IMG/VR virus record: IMGVR_UViG_3300025517_000001 | Location: 1 to 64,000 of that record | Direction: 5' to 3' (one strand) | DNA from: a virus | Length of the DNA stretch: 64,000 nucleotides | Part shown: piece by piece, positions 9,762 through 18,835 of the stretch | How the letters are laid out: the number at the start of each line of letters is the position of its first letter | How positions within the stretch are numbered: the first letter of the stretch is position 1 | Notes under the pieces: model-generated | The model's database searches: none | Seen by the model: the letters and a program-made list of their open reading frames with translations, nothing else | Told to the model about the DNA's origin: nothing | Program-made: the position numbers and the translations under genes

Positions 9762-10034
9762 TCAATCAGGAAGTTTGTCTAGCAAGTCTTCTGGCACTAC
9801 TCTTTGAAGATTATCACCCAACCGAATGCTCTTATCGTATTGACGCTTTGCCCTCACGTCATTCATATCGTACCCAAATTCGTGGGCGAACTCTTCAAAG
9901 GTCGGGTAATTATCCCTAGTGTAATACCATTCCATTTTGATGCATGCCAGAATGGATTCGCCAAGGTCTTCCGGGTGAATGTCTTTCTCCATTGTGTTTA
10001 TGTGATTATCATGGAAAAAGTAAGAATGTTGCAT
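9762..10034 (-). CDS. hypothetical acidic protein (90 aa)
   Basis: ORF downstream of promoter 10110-10138; the ATG at 10034 has no convincing RBS, so the start is uncertain. Confidence 0.4.
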   Translation of the reverse strand: MQHSYFFHDNHINTMEKDIHPEDLGESILACIKMEWYYTRDNYPTFEEFAHEFGYDMNDVRAKRQYDKSIRLGDNLQRVVPEDLLDKLPD

Positions 10035-10109
10035 ACAACTGGTTCCAGTTCACTTTCCCATTCCAGTTTATTTGCCTTTCGTTTACCTCCTTGTCGTTTT
10101 CACACTTTT

Positions 10110-10138
10110 ATTATACGTGCGGAAAATCATATTGTCAA
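10110..10138 (-). promoter_or_regulatory. sigma-A-type early promoter
   Basis: TTGACA (10133-10138) - 17 nt - TATAAT (10110-10115). Confidence 0.65.
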
Positions 10139-10150
10139 TACGTTTCTACA

Positions 10151-10180
10151 AAAAAAAATAAAAACGGCTTACGCCGTTTT
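10151..10180 (-). terminator. rho-independent terminator (usable in both directions)
   Basis: AAAACGGC-TTAC-GCCGTTTT; on the minus strand it is followed by TTTTTATTTTTTTTT. Confidence 0.75.
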
Positions 10181-10270
10181 CTTGTTTGTTTCCTGTGCCT
10201 CTATAGCGGCTCTGAGAGCCTCTCTAAGGCCGCTCACTTTACCTACGTATAAAAAGATACCCTTTACCAT
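10169..10270 (-). CDS. possible 33-aa protein (MVKGIFLYVGKVSGLREALRAAIEAQETNKKTA)
   Basis: AGGAGG + 7 nt + ATG 10270; stop lies in the terminator loop; below the ORF-track cutoff. Confidence 0.5.
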   Translation of the reverse strand: MVKGIFLYVGKVSGLREALRAAIEAQETNKKTA

Positions 10271-10329
10271 AAAATCTCCTCCTGAGCCAATTTTGAAGGT
10301 CTGGGGCGGCTTCTGAGGCCGCGCCCATC

Positions 10330-11508
10330 TTAGTCAATGACAACCAACTCTCCATTCATGTTGACCGTGTAGGTCTTTCCGTTATGATGGTAAATCTCTT
10401 GTTCTTCCATCTCTTCATCTTCATAAGCAAATCCACTGCTTAGCACACCGGCCGCCCGTTTCTCAAGGGCCAGTTCTGTACCTACTTGGTATCCAGTGAT
10501 AAGGCAGTATTGGTCGATCAACTTACGGAAATTTCTCTCCTCCATGAACACTTCCTGAGATGTGCTTTTATCACCGGGATCGCCGGGCGACTTTTGCCAT
10601 ATGGATACATAACCAGACACTGTTGCCCCTGTTACATCCCCGAATCTATCAGGATTATCATAGAAAGTAACCTCACCGCTCATGTAGTACTCCTCTTGCA
10701 TGTTGTAGATGTTCCATCTATCCCATTGTTTAGGTACCTCTCCGAACTTATGATATTGAGTGTTAATCACACTGAATGCTTGTAGGATGATGTTGATTGT
10801 GTCTCGGCAGTGGTTAATGTTGACGTACTCTTTGTCTGTGTGTTCGTTATAGTACCCCGCCGACAGGTTAACGGAGTGTACCCCGTTAGAGGAGAATACG
10901 CAAGCATCGGATACGCCACCCGGAACTGCCTTCCAGTCCATGTCCAACAGGGCGGAACAGTCTTCAAAGAAAGCACCTACAGCCTCAGAACAGAAGCCGT
11001 ACATTTCACCGCACCCTGTTACAATATCCCGACTACCTCTGCGGTCTACTACGATAGCCAAATTCGCGCCTGCGTAGAAGTCTACGGGAATGTGGTCTGC
11101 TCCAACACACCCTATTTCCTCTTCCCGGCTAAAGCAGACTTTTATTTTGCCGTTGAAGGAAGTCCTTTCAATGTTGCGAAGAACGGCCAAGATGATTGCG
11201 ATTCCTGCACGGTCATCCGCCCCAAGTACTCCTTTTGTAGAACGGAACGTTTGCGTGCTCTTGTCGAAGATTACCTTACGGTTCTTGTCAATGTTCGATA
11301 CCGTGTCCATGTGGGCGGACAGGATGACCGTGGCTCCACTCCCATCTCCGACCACCTTCTCTGCAAGCAGGTTACCATAAGCATCTTGGAATACCCGGTC
11401 AGTCAACTGCTCCAACTTAGGTTTAAGCCAATTTACCACCTTCTGCTCTTTCCCGCTCGGTGCTTGAATTGTAAGTAATTCAAAAAGTTGTTGTTTAAAA
11501 TGCTTCAT
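10330..11508 (-). CDS. M42/M20-type metallo-aminopeptidase-like protein with C-terminal extension
   Basis: metal-ligand motifs VILSAHMDTV, GADDRAGIAIIL, FSREEEIGCVGA; start moved to ATG 11508 (MKHFKQQ) behind GGAGA + 7 nt. Confidence 0.65.
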   Translation of the reverse strand: MKHFKQQLFELLTIQAPSGKEQKVVNWLKPKLEQLTDRVFQDAYGNLLAEKVVGDGSGATVILSAHMDTVSNIDKNRKVIFDKSTQTFRSTKGVLGADDRAGIAIILAVLRNIERTSFNGKIKVCFSREEEIGCVGADHIPVDFYAGANLAIVVDRRGSRDIVTGCGEMYGFCSEAVGAFFEDCSALLDMDWKAVPGGVSDACVFSSNGVHSVNLSAGYYNEHTDKEYVNINHCRDTINIILQAFSVINTQYHKFGEVPKQWDRWNIYNMQEEYYMSGEVTFYDNPDRFGDVTGATVSGYVSIWQKSPGDPGDKSTSQEVFMEERNFRKLIDQYCLITGYQVGTELALEKRAAGVLSSGFAYEDEEMEEQEIYHHNGKTYTVNMNGELVVID

Positions 11509-11549
11509 TATATCATCTCCATTCACTTAATCTATTCCTTACAGTTTTT

Positions 11550-11578
11550 ATTTTACAATGGTATCTGAGTATTGTCAA
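11550..11578 (-). promoter_or_regulatory. sigma-A-type early promoter
   Basis: TTGACA (11573-11578) - 17 nt - TAAAAT (11550-11555). Confidence 0.65.
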
Positions 11579-11703
11579 TAACGTTTTATCATTTTCTTAG
11601 TACTTTTTCTTATGGAGTAGGAAGGCGGACTGTTAGTCCGCCATTTCAACTGCGTAACGTGCAATTTTAAATTTAATTTCCTCCATTAATTGATCATCCT
11701 TTT

Positions 11704-11925
11704 TTATTTGGAGTTTTCTTTATCAATACGCTCTTTCAGAGCCATCTTCCAAAATGGCTCTTTTCCTTCCAATGTAACAAACTGACGAGTTTCTAAATCC
11801 TCAAACCAAAAATCAATATTTGCTGTGTATTCACCTTCTCTATTTAGTACATTAATCAGAACGTCATCGGGAACATCCTTTAGTAGTTCAATCAATTTTC
11901 CTTTTGTCATTGGTTCATTTGTCAC
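11704..11925 (-). CDS. hypothetical small protein (73 aa)
   Basis: GTG 11925 behind AGGAGGG + 6 nt. Confidence 0.6.
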   Translation of the reverse strand: MTNEPMTKGKLIELLKDVPDDVLINVLNREGEYTANIDFWFEDLETRQFVTLEGKEPFWKMALKERIDKENSK

Positions 11926-11936
11926 ATCAATCCCTC

Positions 11937-13400
11937 CTATTCACGTGCCAACGTATCTTCAATAGTACTCTCTCCGTTAAGGCGTGTCTCCCGCAAACGG
12001 TTAAGAAATTCCGTTATTCGTTGTATAGCGGGGGCTAGGACATCGTCATTACGGACTGGGTGCATATCAGGTGTAGATGTAAATGTGTCGAGTAAGTCCT
12101 TAACGTCAATCCTTGTATGCATACATCCCGCCGTTTCCTGTACTCCCTCTTGTTCCTCCTTGTCAGGGATAAGCCCGACTTCTTCCAAGTAGGCTACAGG
12201 GAAGGTAAAGCGAATACTGCGTGGTCTGACTTGAATAATATCATCATCGTCAATGTACGGTAGGAAAGTGCCTGTTACCTCCCAACAGCCCGCCCCGTCA
12301 CACGTTTCGCACCACTCTCGTTCCTCGGTGAGCGATGTACCTTCACAGTCGGGACATACTATTGTCGAATCCAAGTCATAACCGATACGGTCGCTGTACT
12401 TATATACAAATGTCTCGGTGTTATCAAAGATATACTCATTAAGAATCTCGCAGGCTACATGTATGTTATCAAACTTATTCCGCAACCCGTCGATTAAGTA
12501 GTGCTCTGTTTCATTGGACGTAGAATAGGCACGGCAAACGATGATCTGGGGCTTCCCGTACACATAAGCAACCCGCAGGAGACAACGTGCTACATACCGC
12601 GGTTGCCAAATATCTTCCGGGTTGTCCTCTACATGCGTAAGGTAAGCAATGGCCATAGTCTCATCCTTCAGGGACGGGATAAGTTGAAATATTGTGTCTC
12701 CTGTTGAGTTCATTTTAGGGTCCATGCAGGATGTTCCGTTGTACCCATGCATCCAACGATCGCCGCCCCAGTTGTATGTGCTGTAATAACTCATTCCGGC
12801 GATGTGGTGGGGCAAAGTAGAAATAATGATTCTCCAATCATTCAGTACGCCCTTAGTTAATTGCTTGGGACACTTACATGTGTACCACTTGACTATTTCG
12901 CTTTTCTCTCCGAACAACTTTACTAAGAGTTTAGACAGTTTAGGGCTAGTGAACTGTCTAGCCGCCTTCTTTACCGCCGCCCCTACAAATAAAGATCCAG
13001 AGCTTTGTACGTATTGAATATGCTCCTTAACTGCATCAGGGACAGTGTTCTGTAACAAATTATCTACGGTAACGTGATTAATCAGTCTCCGAGATGCATC
13101 GAGGCAGAATGTGATAAAATCACGCTTATCCCAATAGGAAGGGTCTTGGTCGTTCAACTCAAGTAGTTTTTGGTACAATTTTTCGTATTCGGGCAGGTGA
13201 ATGCTCCTAAATGTATCAATGATTCTGTCCGTCACTTCCGGTTTAAACATGATATATCCGTTTTCACCCACTAACTGTTGCAGGTACTTGTCGCGGGCGC
13301 GGTACTCAGCCTTAGCGCCCACAGTTTTTAGATTGTGGGATACATCAACAATGCTTTGCGCTACCTGCAAACTACGTTCCAAAATGACTGAATGAATCAT
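11937..13400 (-). CDS. large hypothetical protein with DnaJ-like CxxCxGxG zinc knuckles (paralogue of 21025..22584)
   Basis: ATG 13400 (MIHSVILE) behind AGGAGG + 9 nt; motifs SPKLSKLLVKLFGEKSEIVK, DETMAIAYLT, CPDCEGT...CETCDGAG shared with the second copy. Confidence 0.7.
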   Translation of the reverse strand: MIHSVILERSLQVAQSIVDVSHNLKTVGAKAEYRARDKYLQQLVGENGYIMFKPEVTDRIIDTFRSIHLPEYEKLYQKLLELNDQDPSYWDKRDFITFCLDASRRLINHVTVDNLLQNTVPDAVKEHIQYVQSSGSLFVGAAVKKAARQFTSPKLSKLLVKLFGEKSEIVKWYTCKCPKQLTKGVLNDWRIIISTLPHHIAGMSYYSTYNWGGDRWMHGYNGTSCMDPKMNSTGDTIFQLIPSLKDETMAIAYLTHVEDNPEDIWQPRYVARCLLRVAYVYGKPQIIVCRAYSTSNETEHYLIDGLRNKFDNIHVACEILNEYIFDNTETFVYKYSDRIGYDLDSTIVCPDCEGTSLTEEREWCETCDGAGCWEVTGTFLPYIDDDDIIQVRPRSIRFTFPVAYLEEVGLIPDKEEQEGVQETAGCMHTRIDVKDLLDTFTSTPDMHPVRNDDVLAPAIQRITEFLNRLRETRLNGESTIEDTLARE

Positions 13401-13423
13401 GTCTAATGTCCTCCTATTCATAT

Positions 13424-13463
13424 TCTCACTTAAAATGTCGCAATTTTTTATAACCAGTTGCAA
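13424..13463 (-). promoter_or_regulatory. class-2 conserved promoter-like motif
   Basis: TTGCAAC-N17-GACATTTTAAGTGAGAAT on the minus strand. Confidence 0.5.
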
Positions 13464-13487
13464 AAACAGTACACTTTTCTATATTTT

Positions 13488-13516
13488 AAATTACTATATC
13501 TATATAGTATTGTCAA
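13488..13516 (-). promoter_or_regulatory. sigma-A-type early promoter (weaker -10)
   Basis: TTGACA (13511-13516) - 17 nt - TAATTT; context AGTATTGACAATAC. Confidence 0.45.
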
Positions 13517-13561
13517 TACTTATTTAGAGGGAAATTTAGAGGGCGGGATCGCCGCCCATGA

Positions 13562-13942
13562 TCACATCTCCAAAGAATCAAGCAGACTAATTGCTTCCTG
13601 CATCTGCTTATCTTCCTCTACAAGTTGTTTTTCGTCCTCAAGTCGTTCCCTGCATACAGGAATGGTGATCGGAAGGCCCGCCACGATTTCTTTTAAGGTA
13701 TCGACTATATCTTGCTCCTCAATTCCCTGATTAATCATTTCGACAGCCGCCGCGTTGATTACAGCTTCGGTCACCCTGCGGACGGAGGTGGGTGTATAAT
13801 CTCCCATAGAGAACCCACCAACCGTTTCGTGTAGACCGCCGCCAACCTCGGTAGTTGCGATAAATGCTCCCACGATACCTTGTACGTTGAAAGACTTTTC
13901 AGCCCCGTTATCAAATTGGAATGTTACTTTACGGATTTTCAT
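13562..13942 (-). CDS. hypothetical protein (126 aa)
   Basis: ATG 13942 (MKIRKVTF) behind AGGAGG + 7 nt. Confidence 0.6.
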   Translation of the reverse strand: MKIRKVTFQFDNGAEKSFNVQGIVGAFIATTEVGGGLHETVGGFSMGDYTPTSVRRVTEAVINAAAVEMINQGIEEQDIVDTLKEIVAGLPITIPVCRERLEDEKQLVEEDKQMQEAISLLDSLEM

Positions 13943-14051
13943 GTTATTGCCTCCTGTGATTTGTTTAGTCTGATGAATCCTCTTCAAAAGACGTTCCGCA
14001 TTTATTGCAAATGTACCGCCTGCAACATGGGGCTTTGTACCTCCTTTCTCT

Positions 14052-14312
14052 CTAGTAGTATTTGCTTTCAAATTCGTTGCACTCTTCCATGATACGCGCC
14101 CACCTATAGTCTTTCGGGTCTATTACATACAGGAGGTTGACATTATACTCCTGTCTGTCTAGTTCATCCTGTGACGGAAACACTTTGCCTTCCGCCGCCT
14201 GCATGACTTGGTTCAACACGTATACTTCTGACGCAGTAAGGCTTATGCCTCTGCCCGCAGACTTCTCAATCTTGTCTTTCAACTCTAGTATCTCTTGAAA
14301 AGGAACATTCAC
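14052..14312 (-). CDS. hypothetical small protein (86 aa)
   Basis: GTG start with a weak RBS, directly abutting the right end of the tnpB element. Confidence 0.5.
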   Translation of the reverse strand: MNVPFQEILELKDKIEKSAGRGISLTASEVYVLNQVMQAAEGKVFPSQDELDRQEYNVNLLYVIDPKDYRWARIMEECNEFESKYY

Positions 14313-14560
14313 AATTCATCCCGTTGCCAAAAGATTATAAAAGTCTTATAATCTTCTGTTTGCTTCCTGATTCATTGTGTCCGCTTTCGCCTAAGCTACT
14401 TGCGTTTGGTATGACACTCCACAGGCGTAAATTCGGATGCAACGAATCCTACATACTAACAGTGACGTGTTAGTGTCAACTTGCTAGTTTTGCTAGATTG
14501 ATAGCGGCATTTAAGTCTCTATCTATTTCTAGCCCACAACCACATTTGAATATCCTATCT
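14313..14560 (-). ncRNA. presumed TnpB omega-RNA (reRNA) scaffold region; boundaries not determined
   Basis: overlaps the tnpB 3' end and the RE; hairpins at 14455-14474 (ACTAACA/TGTTAGT), 14431-14447 (ATTCG/CGAAT) and 14332-14354 (AGATTATAA/TTATAATCT + T-run). Confidence 0.45.
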
Positions 14561-15588
14561 GAAAGCTTCAAGTCTTCTTTAATCTCTCCACATTCAGAAC
14601 AGATTTTTGATGAAGGAAACCATCTGTCAACCTCTACAAAACGGATGCCGTACTTCTCACATTTGTACTGTATTTGACGCTTAAATTCATAAAATCTTTG
14701 CTGTGCAACAGCTTTTGACAGATGTCTGTTCTTCATCATGCCTTGGATATTCAAATTTTCCATAACTACAATGCTAGGTTTGGTTTTCACGATAGCATTT
14801 GTAGCTTGATGGATGTGGTTGAGTCGGATATTCGTTAATTTCCGATGAAGCAAACGAATTTTCTTTTCGACTTTTATAATGTTGCAAGTTTTGGCAAAAC
14901 GGTTACCCTCCTTATTCATTTCATATTTGCGAGAAACCTTACGTTGCAACCTACGTAAACGTTTCTCGATTTTCTTTACTTTTGCTGTTTTGTTGATGTT
15001 CTTAAAACGCATTCCGTTGGAACAAACGGCTAATGATTTGATTCCTACATCAATACCAATGACTTCATCGGTGAGTTGTAGCTTCTTAGGTTCTTCTTCA
15101 ATACCTACAGATAAGTACCAATACTTTCCGTCAAATGAAATCCGTGGATTAGTGTATTTGGTATTCATAGGCAGTTGTTCAGAAGTTTTTACCCATCCGA
15201 CTTTTTCAATGAGTACAAGATGATTTTTTACTTTCAACTTAACATTGTCATTGTAGAATGACGGTTTAGACTTCTTTCTACTCTTGAATTTTGGCTTGTC
15301 AGCCAACTTATTAAAGAATCGTTTATACGCTTCGCAAGCGTCTTTTATTGCTTGCTTTGTGACATTGTTACTTACCTCGTACAACCAAGCATATTCTTCT
15401 TGGGATTTTAATTTGGTCAATTGTTTACGCAGTTCACCGTCAGGGATAAACTTCCCACCGTTTTTGTAATTTTCTTCTTGTTTTGCTAATGTCCAGTTGT
15501 AAGCCCAACGAGCCGTATGGGCCGATTTCCATAGCTGTTTCTCTTGTTCAGGATTGGGCTTAAGCCTAATTTTCCTCGCTAGTATCAT
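14476..15588 (-). CDS. tnpB: TnpB RNA-guided nuclease (IS605 OrfB family)
   Basis: N-terminus MILARKIRLKPNPEQ; RuvC-I IGIDVGIKSLAV, RuvC-II VVMENLN, zinc ribbon CSECG...CGCG, RuvC-III DRDLNAAINLA; AAAGGAG RBS. Confidence 0.9.
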   Translation of the reverse strand: MILARKIRLKPNPEQEKQLWKSAHTARWAYNWTLAKQEENYKNGGKFIPDGELRKQLTKLKSQEEYAWLYEVSNNVTKQAIKDACEAYKRFFNKLADKPKFKSRKKSKPSFYNDNVKLKVKNHLVLIEKVGWVKTSEQLPMNTKYTNPRISFDGKYWYLSVGIEEEPKKLQLTDEVIGIDVGIKSLAVCSNGMRFKNINKTAKVKKIEKRLRRLQRKVSRKYEMNKEGNRFAKTCNIIKVEKKIRLLHRKLTNIRLNHIHQATNAIVKTKPSIVVMENLNIQGMMKNRHLSKAVAQQRFYEFKRQIQYKCEKYGIRFVEVDRWFPSSKICSECGEIKEDLKLSDRIFKCGCGLEIDRDLNAAINLAKLAS

Positions 15589-15676
15589 CGGACATTAACT
15601 CCTTTATCATCTTCTTTGCTTTATTGGCTCGTTTTCCTTGAAGTCTGCAAACGTTTTTGTAAACTTTTATAAATTT

Positions 15677-16246
15677 TTATGAATTATTTTCAACTGTTAA
15701 AAACCTCCTTATGACAGTTAGATTAGGCTTACTACCTACGGGGTAGGGGTAGTCCGTGAATACACACCCGCTATGCACTAATATGTCTACGATGCGATCA
15801 AGGTCTTTGTACTCCGTATAAACTGGAATGAGTGGGGCGGCTCCTTTGGAGTAGATGTCCACAAAGAACACTGATTTTATATTGTATTCATCATCCGCCG
15901 CTACGATCATGCCGTAATCCTCATCCAAAATGTACCCCATGAGATGGTCTGTAATATCGCTTGGGCGGGTGCTCTGAGAGCAGACAAGGTATGCTAACAA
16001 CTTCTCCGATGCATCCCGTATCAATACCACGTTTAGGAACCTGTTAGGGTCTTGTTCATGACTTAGGTCAATACGCCCGAATCTCCGGCACCCCTTTATT
16101 ATCAGGGAGGCTAGGAAAGGCTCCCCGTCCTCTCGGACTACAGGAGTAAATGCCCTACCTCCCTCATACTGCTGATTAAATAGAATCTTAATCAAGTCTT
16201 TGTTCATTATCCACGCTCCTATAGTAAACTCTTGCCGTGCTATCAT
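15677..16246 (-). CDS. hypothetical protein (176-189 aa)
   Basis: two possible ATG starts (16246 or 16207), each with a GGAG-type RBS. Confidence 0.55.
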   Translation of the reverse strand: MIARQEFTIGAWIMNKDLIKILFNQQYEGGRAFTPVVREDGEPFLASLIIKGCRRFGRIDLSHEQDPNRFLNVVLIRDASEKLLAYLVCSQSTRPSDITDHLMGYILDEDYGMIVAADDEYNIKSVFFVDIYSKGAAPLIPVYTEYKDLDRIVDILVHSGCVFTDYPYPVGSKPNLTVIRRFLTVENNS

Positions 16247-16276
16247 TCTGGCTCCTCTACCACTAGCGCCTCCTTT

Positions 16277-16681
16277 CTATGCAAATTTCCCGTTCTGATA
16301 GTACGCTTGTTTGTCTTTACAGACTACAATATTCGCTCCGATCAATGCCTTACCATTGTCTTTGTCTATAAACGTCTCTGTCGTGTACGGGTTGTAATAC
16401 GCTTTAGAAAACCAGTGCATATCTTGGAGGTTTTCTCCCGTTCCCGCGTACAACCCTTCGACAAAAGCGTGTACATTCTTTCGCTTTTCGCGCAATACCC
16501 GTTGCCGTCCCGCCTCTGATACTTTGAATAAGGCCTCCGTTAGAACTACCGTGTCGGCATACGCAACGACCAATCCAGTGGCCTTGTCGCGTATAGAATA
16601 CACGTGTTTATGGAGGTTGTAGTACACCAATACACGTTGCCCGTATACCAATTCCCGTTCCGGTATTACTTGTAGCTTCAA
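16277..16681 (-). CDS. hypothetical protein (134 aa)
   Basis: TTG start behind GGGTGA; own promoter at 16717-16745. Confidence 0.55.
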   Translation of the reverse strand: MKLQVIPERELVYGQRVLVYYNLHKHVYSIRDKATGLVVAYADTVVLTEALFKVSEAGRQRVLREKRKNVHAFVEGLYAGTGENLQDMHWFSKAYYNPYTTETFIDKDNGKALIGANIVVCKDKQAYYQNGKFA

Positions 16682-16716
16682 TTCCGATCACCCGCCCTTC
16701 TTGCTTGTCTGACTTT

Positions 16717-16745
16717 ATTATAGTACCGGGAAATAGTATTGTCAA
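16717..16745 (-). promoter_or_regulatory. sigma-A-type early promoter
   Basis: TTGACA (16740-16745) - 17 nt - TATAAT (16717-16722). Confidence 0.65.
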
Positions 16746-16801
16746 TAACAATTATGTATTGTTCCGGTACTTATGCTGTCGTGGGCGGGAGTAGGAGGGG
16801 A

Positions 16802-17446
16802 CTATCCCCTCACATACTCCAGTTTGTTAAGCAAGTACATGTATTCATTGGGTATTTCGTCTTTCATTCCGTTTGTCATGAAATCACTACCATAGAATCC
16901 CCAACAACTGCTGATTTCGTTACCGTCCTTGTCTTCTAACACAAAGCCGAACACTTCACCGCTCAAGTAGTGCCCATATACCTCAACTTCTGCCTGCAAC
17001 ATTTTCTCCGCTATGCCTTCATCGAACAACTCTTGCTCCGTGTACATGGTATTCTTGAGGAAGTCCTCATGCGTGCAGTAAATCCAACCAACACATCCAC
17101 TATCCCAAGGGCAGGAAAATCCTGTCGTGTTTATTGCAATCCCGCTGTGTTCGTACATGTAGATAGGCAAGATAACTGCGCGTTTCTTAATAATATCAAG
17201 CAATTCAAAGTGCGAGCAACTTACGATTTCATTATATTCAAGACGTGAAAGTTCAATTGCAAGGTCTTCCAAAAACTCCCGTGCACTGTCGTAATTATGC
17301 TCGTCACCAAGGCCATAGTGACGGTGCCAACATACCATTTTTCCTATATTGTCCCCCTCACGAGGGTTGGTCGCACTCTCATCGTAATAGACGTTCAATT
17401 TAACACCAGTCTCTTCACATACAGCGGATTTATAGATTGTTGCCAT
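16802..17446 (-). CDS. hypothetical acidic protein (214 aa)
   Basis: ATG behind GAAAGGA; conserved-looking core PIYMYEHSGIAINTTGFSCPWDSGCVGWIY; family not recognised. Confidence 0.65.
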   Translation of the reverse strand: MATIYKSAVCEETGVKLNVYYDESATNPREGDNIGKMVCWHRHYGLGDEHNYDSAREFLEDLAIELSRLEYNEIVSCSHFELLDIIKKRAVILPIYMYEHSGIAINTTGFSCPWDSGCVGWIYCTHEDFLKNTMYTEQELFDEGIAEKMLQAEVEVYGHYLSGEVFGFVLEDKDGNEISSCWGFYGSDFMTNGMKDEIPNEYMYLLNKLEYVRG

Positions 17447-17514
17447 TGCTATCGTCCTTTCTATTTACAATTTTTGCATTTATCTGTTTATGAGGAGGAG
17501 GGAGCCCCTCCCCG

Positions 17515-17787
17515 TTAAAAATTAGCGTACAGTGCCTTTTCTTTCTCTACTTCTATGCAGTCCCGCCATTTTCTAAAGAACGCCTCCGCTCGTTTCTTCC
17601 ATGCGTTTTTAGCGCGGGCGGGCGCCTCTATCTCACCTTCATTAATGAGGTCATACTCGACAAGAACCTTAAAGAGGATGCTTGCTATCGTCTCATCCAC
17701 CAAGTTGTCAATTTCAGGGCTGAAATGCATCGTTTTTAGTTTTTCCGCTTCCCTCAAGCACTTTTCAAAGAGTTTTGGTTGTGCCAT
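17515..17787 (-). CDS. hypothetical small protein (90 aa)
   Basis: ATG behind AAGGAGGAG; promoter at 17820-17848. Confidence 0.65.
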   Translation of the reverse strand: MAQPKLFEKCLREAEKLKTMHFSPEIDNLVDETIASILFKVLVEYDLINEGEIEAPARAKNAWKKRAEAFFRKWRDCIEVEKEKALYANF

Positions 17788-17819
17788 GCTTTTATCTCCT
17801 CCTTATCATTTCTACCTAT

Positions 17820-17848
17820 ATTGTACTATGGTGTTTTATTATTGTCAA
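17820..17848 (-). promoter_or_regulatory. sigma-A-type early promoter
   Basis: TTGACA (17843-17848) - 17 nt - TACAAT (17820-17825). Confidence 0.65.
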
Positions 17849-17924
17849 TACATTTTTATAGAATGTACCCTAGACATGTGAATCATCTTCTACAGTTACC
17901 AAGGAAATTCTAACATCCTTCTGT

Positions 17925-18164
17925 CTACATTAGGTGTAAAATCTTGAATCTAACTCCCGTACCTTCCAGTAAATCACCGACGCCATAATCATGCTGATAA
18001 TATCCGTTTCCGTCTTTCGGGTAGTTCCAAAAACGTGCAAACATGCTGTTATCTACTGTGTGTAGTAATCTGCTACTGCTATCCCATGTCAAGATTACTT
18101 CATATCTCTTCCCCGCGCCCCAGACACCATAGGCGTCTTCTATGCACTCTATTATGGCTCTCAT
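17925..18164 (-). CDS. hypothetical small protein (79 aa)
   Basis: the ORF-track ATG (18197) lies inside the -10 box, so the start was moved to ATG 18164 (MRAIIECI) behind GAGGGGAGGG. Confidence 0.6.
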   Translation of the reverse strand: MRAIIECIEDAYGVWGAGKRYEVILTWDSSSRLLHTVDNSMFARFWNYPKDGNGYYQHDYGVGDLLEGTGVRFKILHLM

Positions 18165-18195
18165 AGTATCCCTCCCCTCATCTTTTGTTACCTTC

Positions 18196-18224
18196 ATTGT
18201 ACAACGGAAATCTTATATTGTCAA
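18196..18224 (-). promoter_or_regulatory. sigma-A-type early promoter
   Basis: TTGACA (18219-18224) - 17 nt - TACAAT (18196-18201). Confidence 0.65.
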
Positions 18225-18262
18225 TACACTTTTTATAAAAAATGTAAGGGCCATAAGCCCAT

Positions 18263-18547
18263 TTAAAATCTAAAATCGGTCAAATACACTTCAACGAATC
18301 CGATAATCTCTAAGACGTTAGCTTGGTGGTGTTCTGTCTCGGTCACATCCCCACCCAGTGACTTCTGCCTCTCTTTGTGGGCGGACAGGTCTTTATATGT
18401 CCGAATAAGAGCAGGTTTCAGAGTATTCTTTATAAACTCATGGGCGGCGAATATATCACGCTCCCACGGTATCCTGTTCCACTTATCTTGTGTCCCGTCC
18501 GTCATGTAGTCCCATGCTTTAGCCACTACCTCTTTAGGGTATATCAT
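18263..18547 (-). CDS. hypothetical small protein (94 aa)
   Basis: ATG behind GGAGG + 7 nt. Confidence 0.65.
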   Translation of the reverse strand: MIYPKEVVAKAWDYMTDGTQDKWNRIPWERDIFAAHEFIKNTLKPALIRTYKDLSAHKERQKSLGGDVTETEHHQANVLEIIGFVEVYLTDFRF

Positions 18548-18574
18548 TCAAATTACCTCCTACACCATCTATCT

Positions 18575-18835
18575 TTAACGTATCCACCAGTAGAACATTT
18601 CAACTGGTCTGAGAACTCTGGCTACGTAACCTCTCTGTACTAAACTGTCTGCGAACATCTCAGGTGTTAGGTGACTGTTATCCTCGTAATCATTTACCAG
18701 AAACGTGTGAAGTGCCTCTGCAAACTCTTGCCCCGGCGTGTTTGTTTCAATGTACACCTCATCACACGTGTCAGGGCTCCATAGCTTGTATGTGTGTGTA
18801 GTCCGCTTGCCTTCATTCCCACCACTCCTTCTCAC
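18575..18835 (-). CDS. hypothetical acidic protein (86 aa), start uncertain
   Basis: long open frame with plausible composition, but only a GTG with a poor RBS; overlaps the upstream gene by 23 nt. Confidence 0.4.
   Translation of the reverse strand: MRRSGGNEGKRTTHTYKLWSPDTCDEVYIETNTPGQEFAEALHTFLVNDYEDNSHLTPEMFADSLVQRGYVARVLRPVEMFYWWIR

Larger units (their letters stand above)
14313..15676 (-). mobile_element. IS200/IS605-family solo-tnpB element (IS1341-type); ends approximate
   Basis: tnpB ORF plus ~165 nt of structured 3' non-coding and ~88 nt of 5' non-coding DNA fill exactly the gap between two phage genes; no tnpA in the window. Confidence 0.7.

Noticed and set aside
18790-18835. ATGA-coupled alternative frame (40-aa, very basic) at the 18813/18575 gene junction
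   Set aside because: It has a good RBS, but the product is short and R/K/T/H-rich. The 86-aa frame looks more protein-like. This is unresolved, so only the longer ORF is listed, at reduced confidence.
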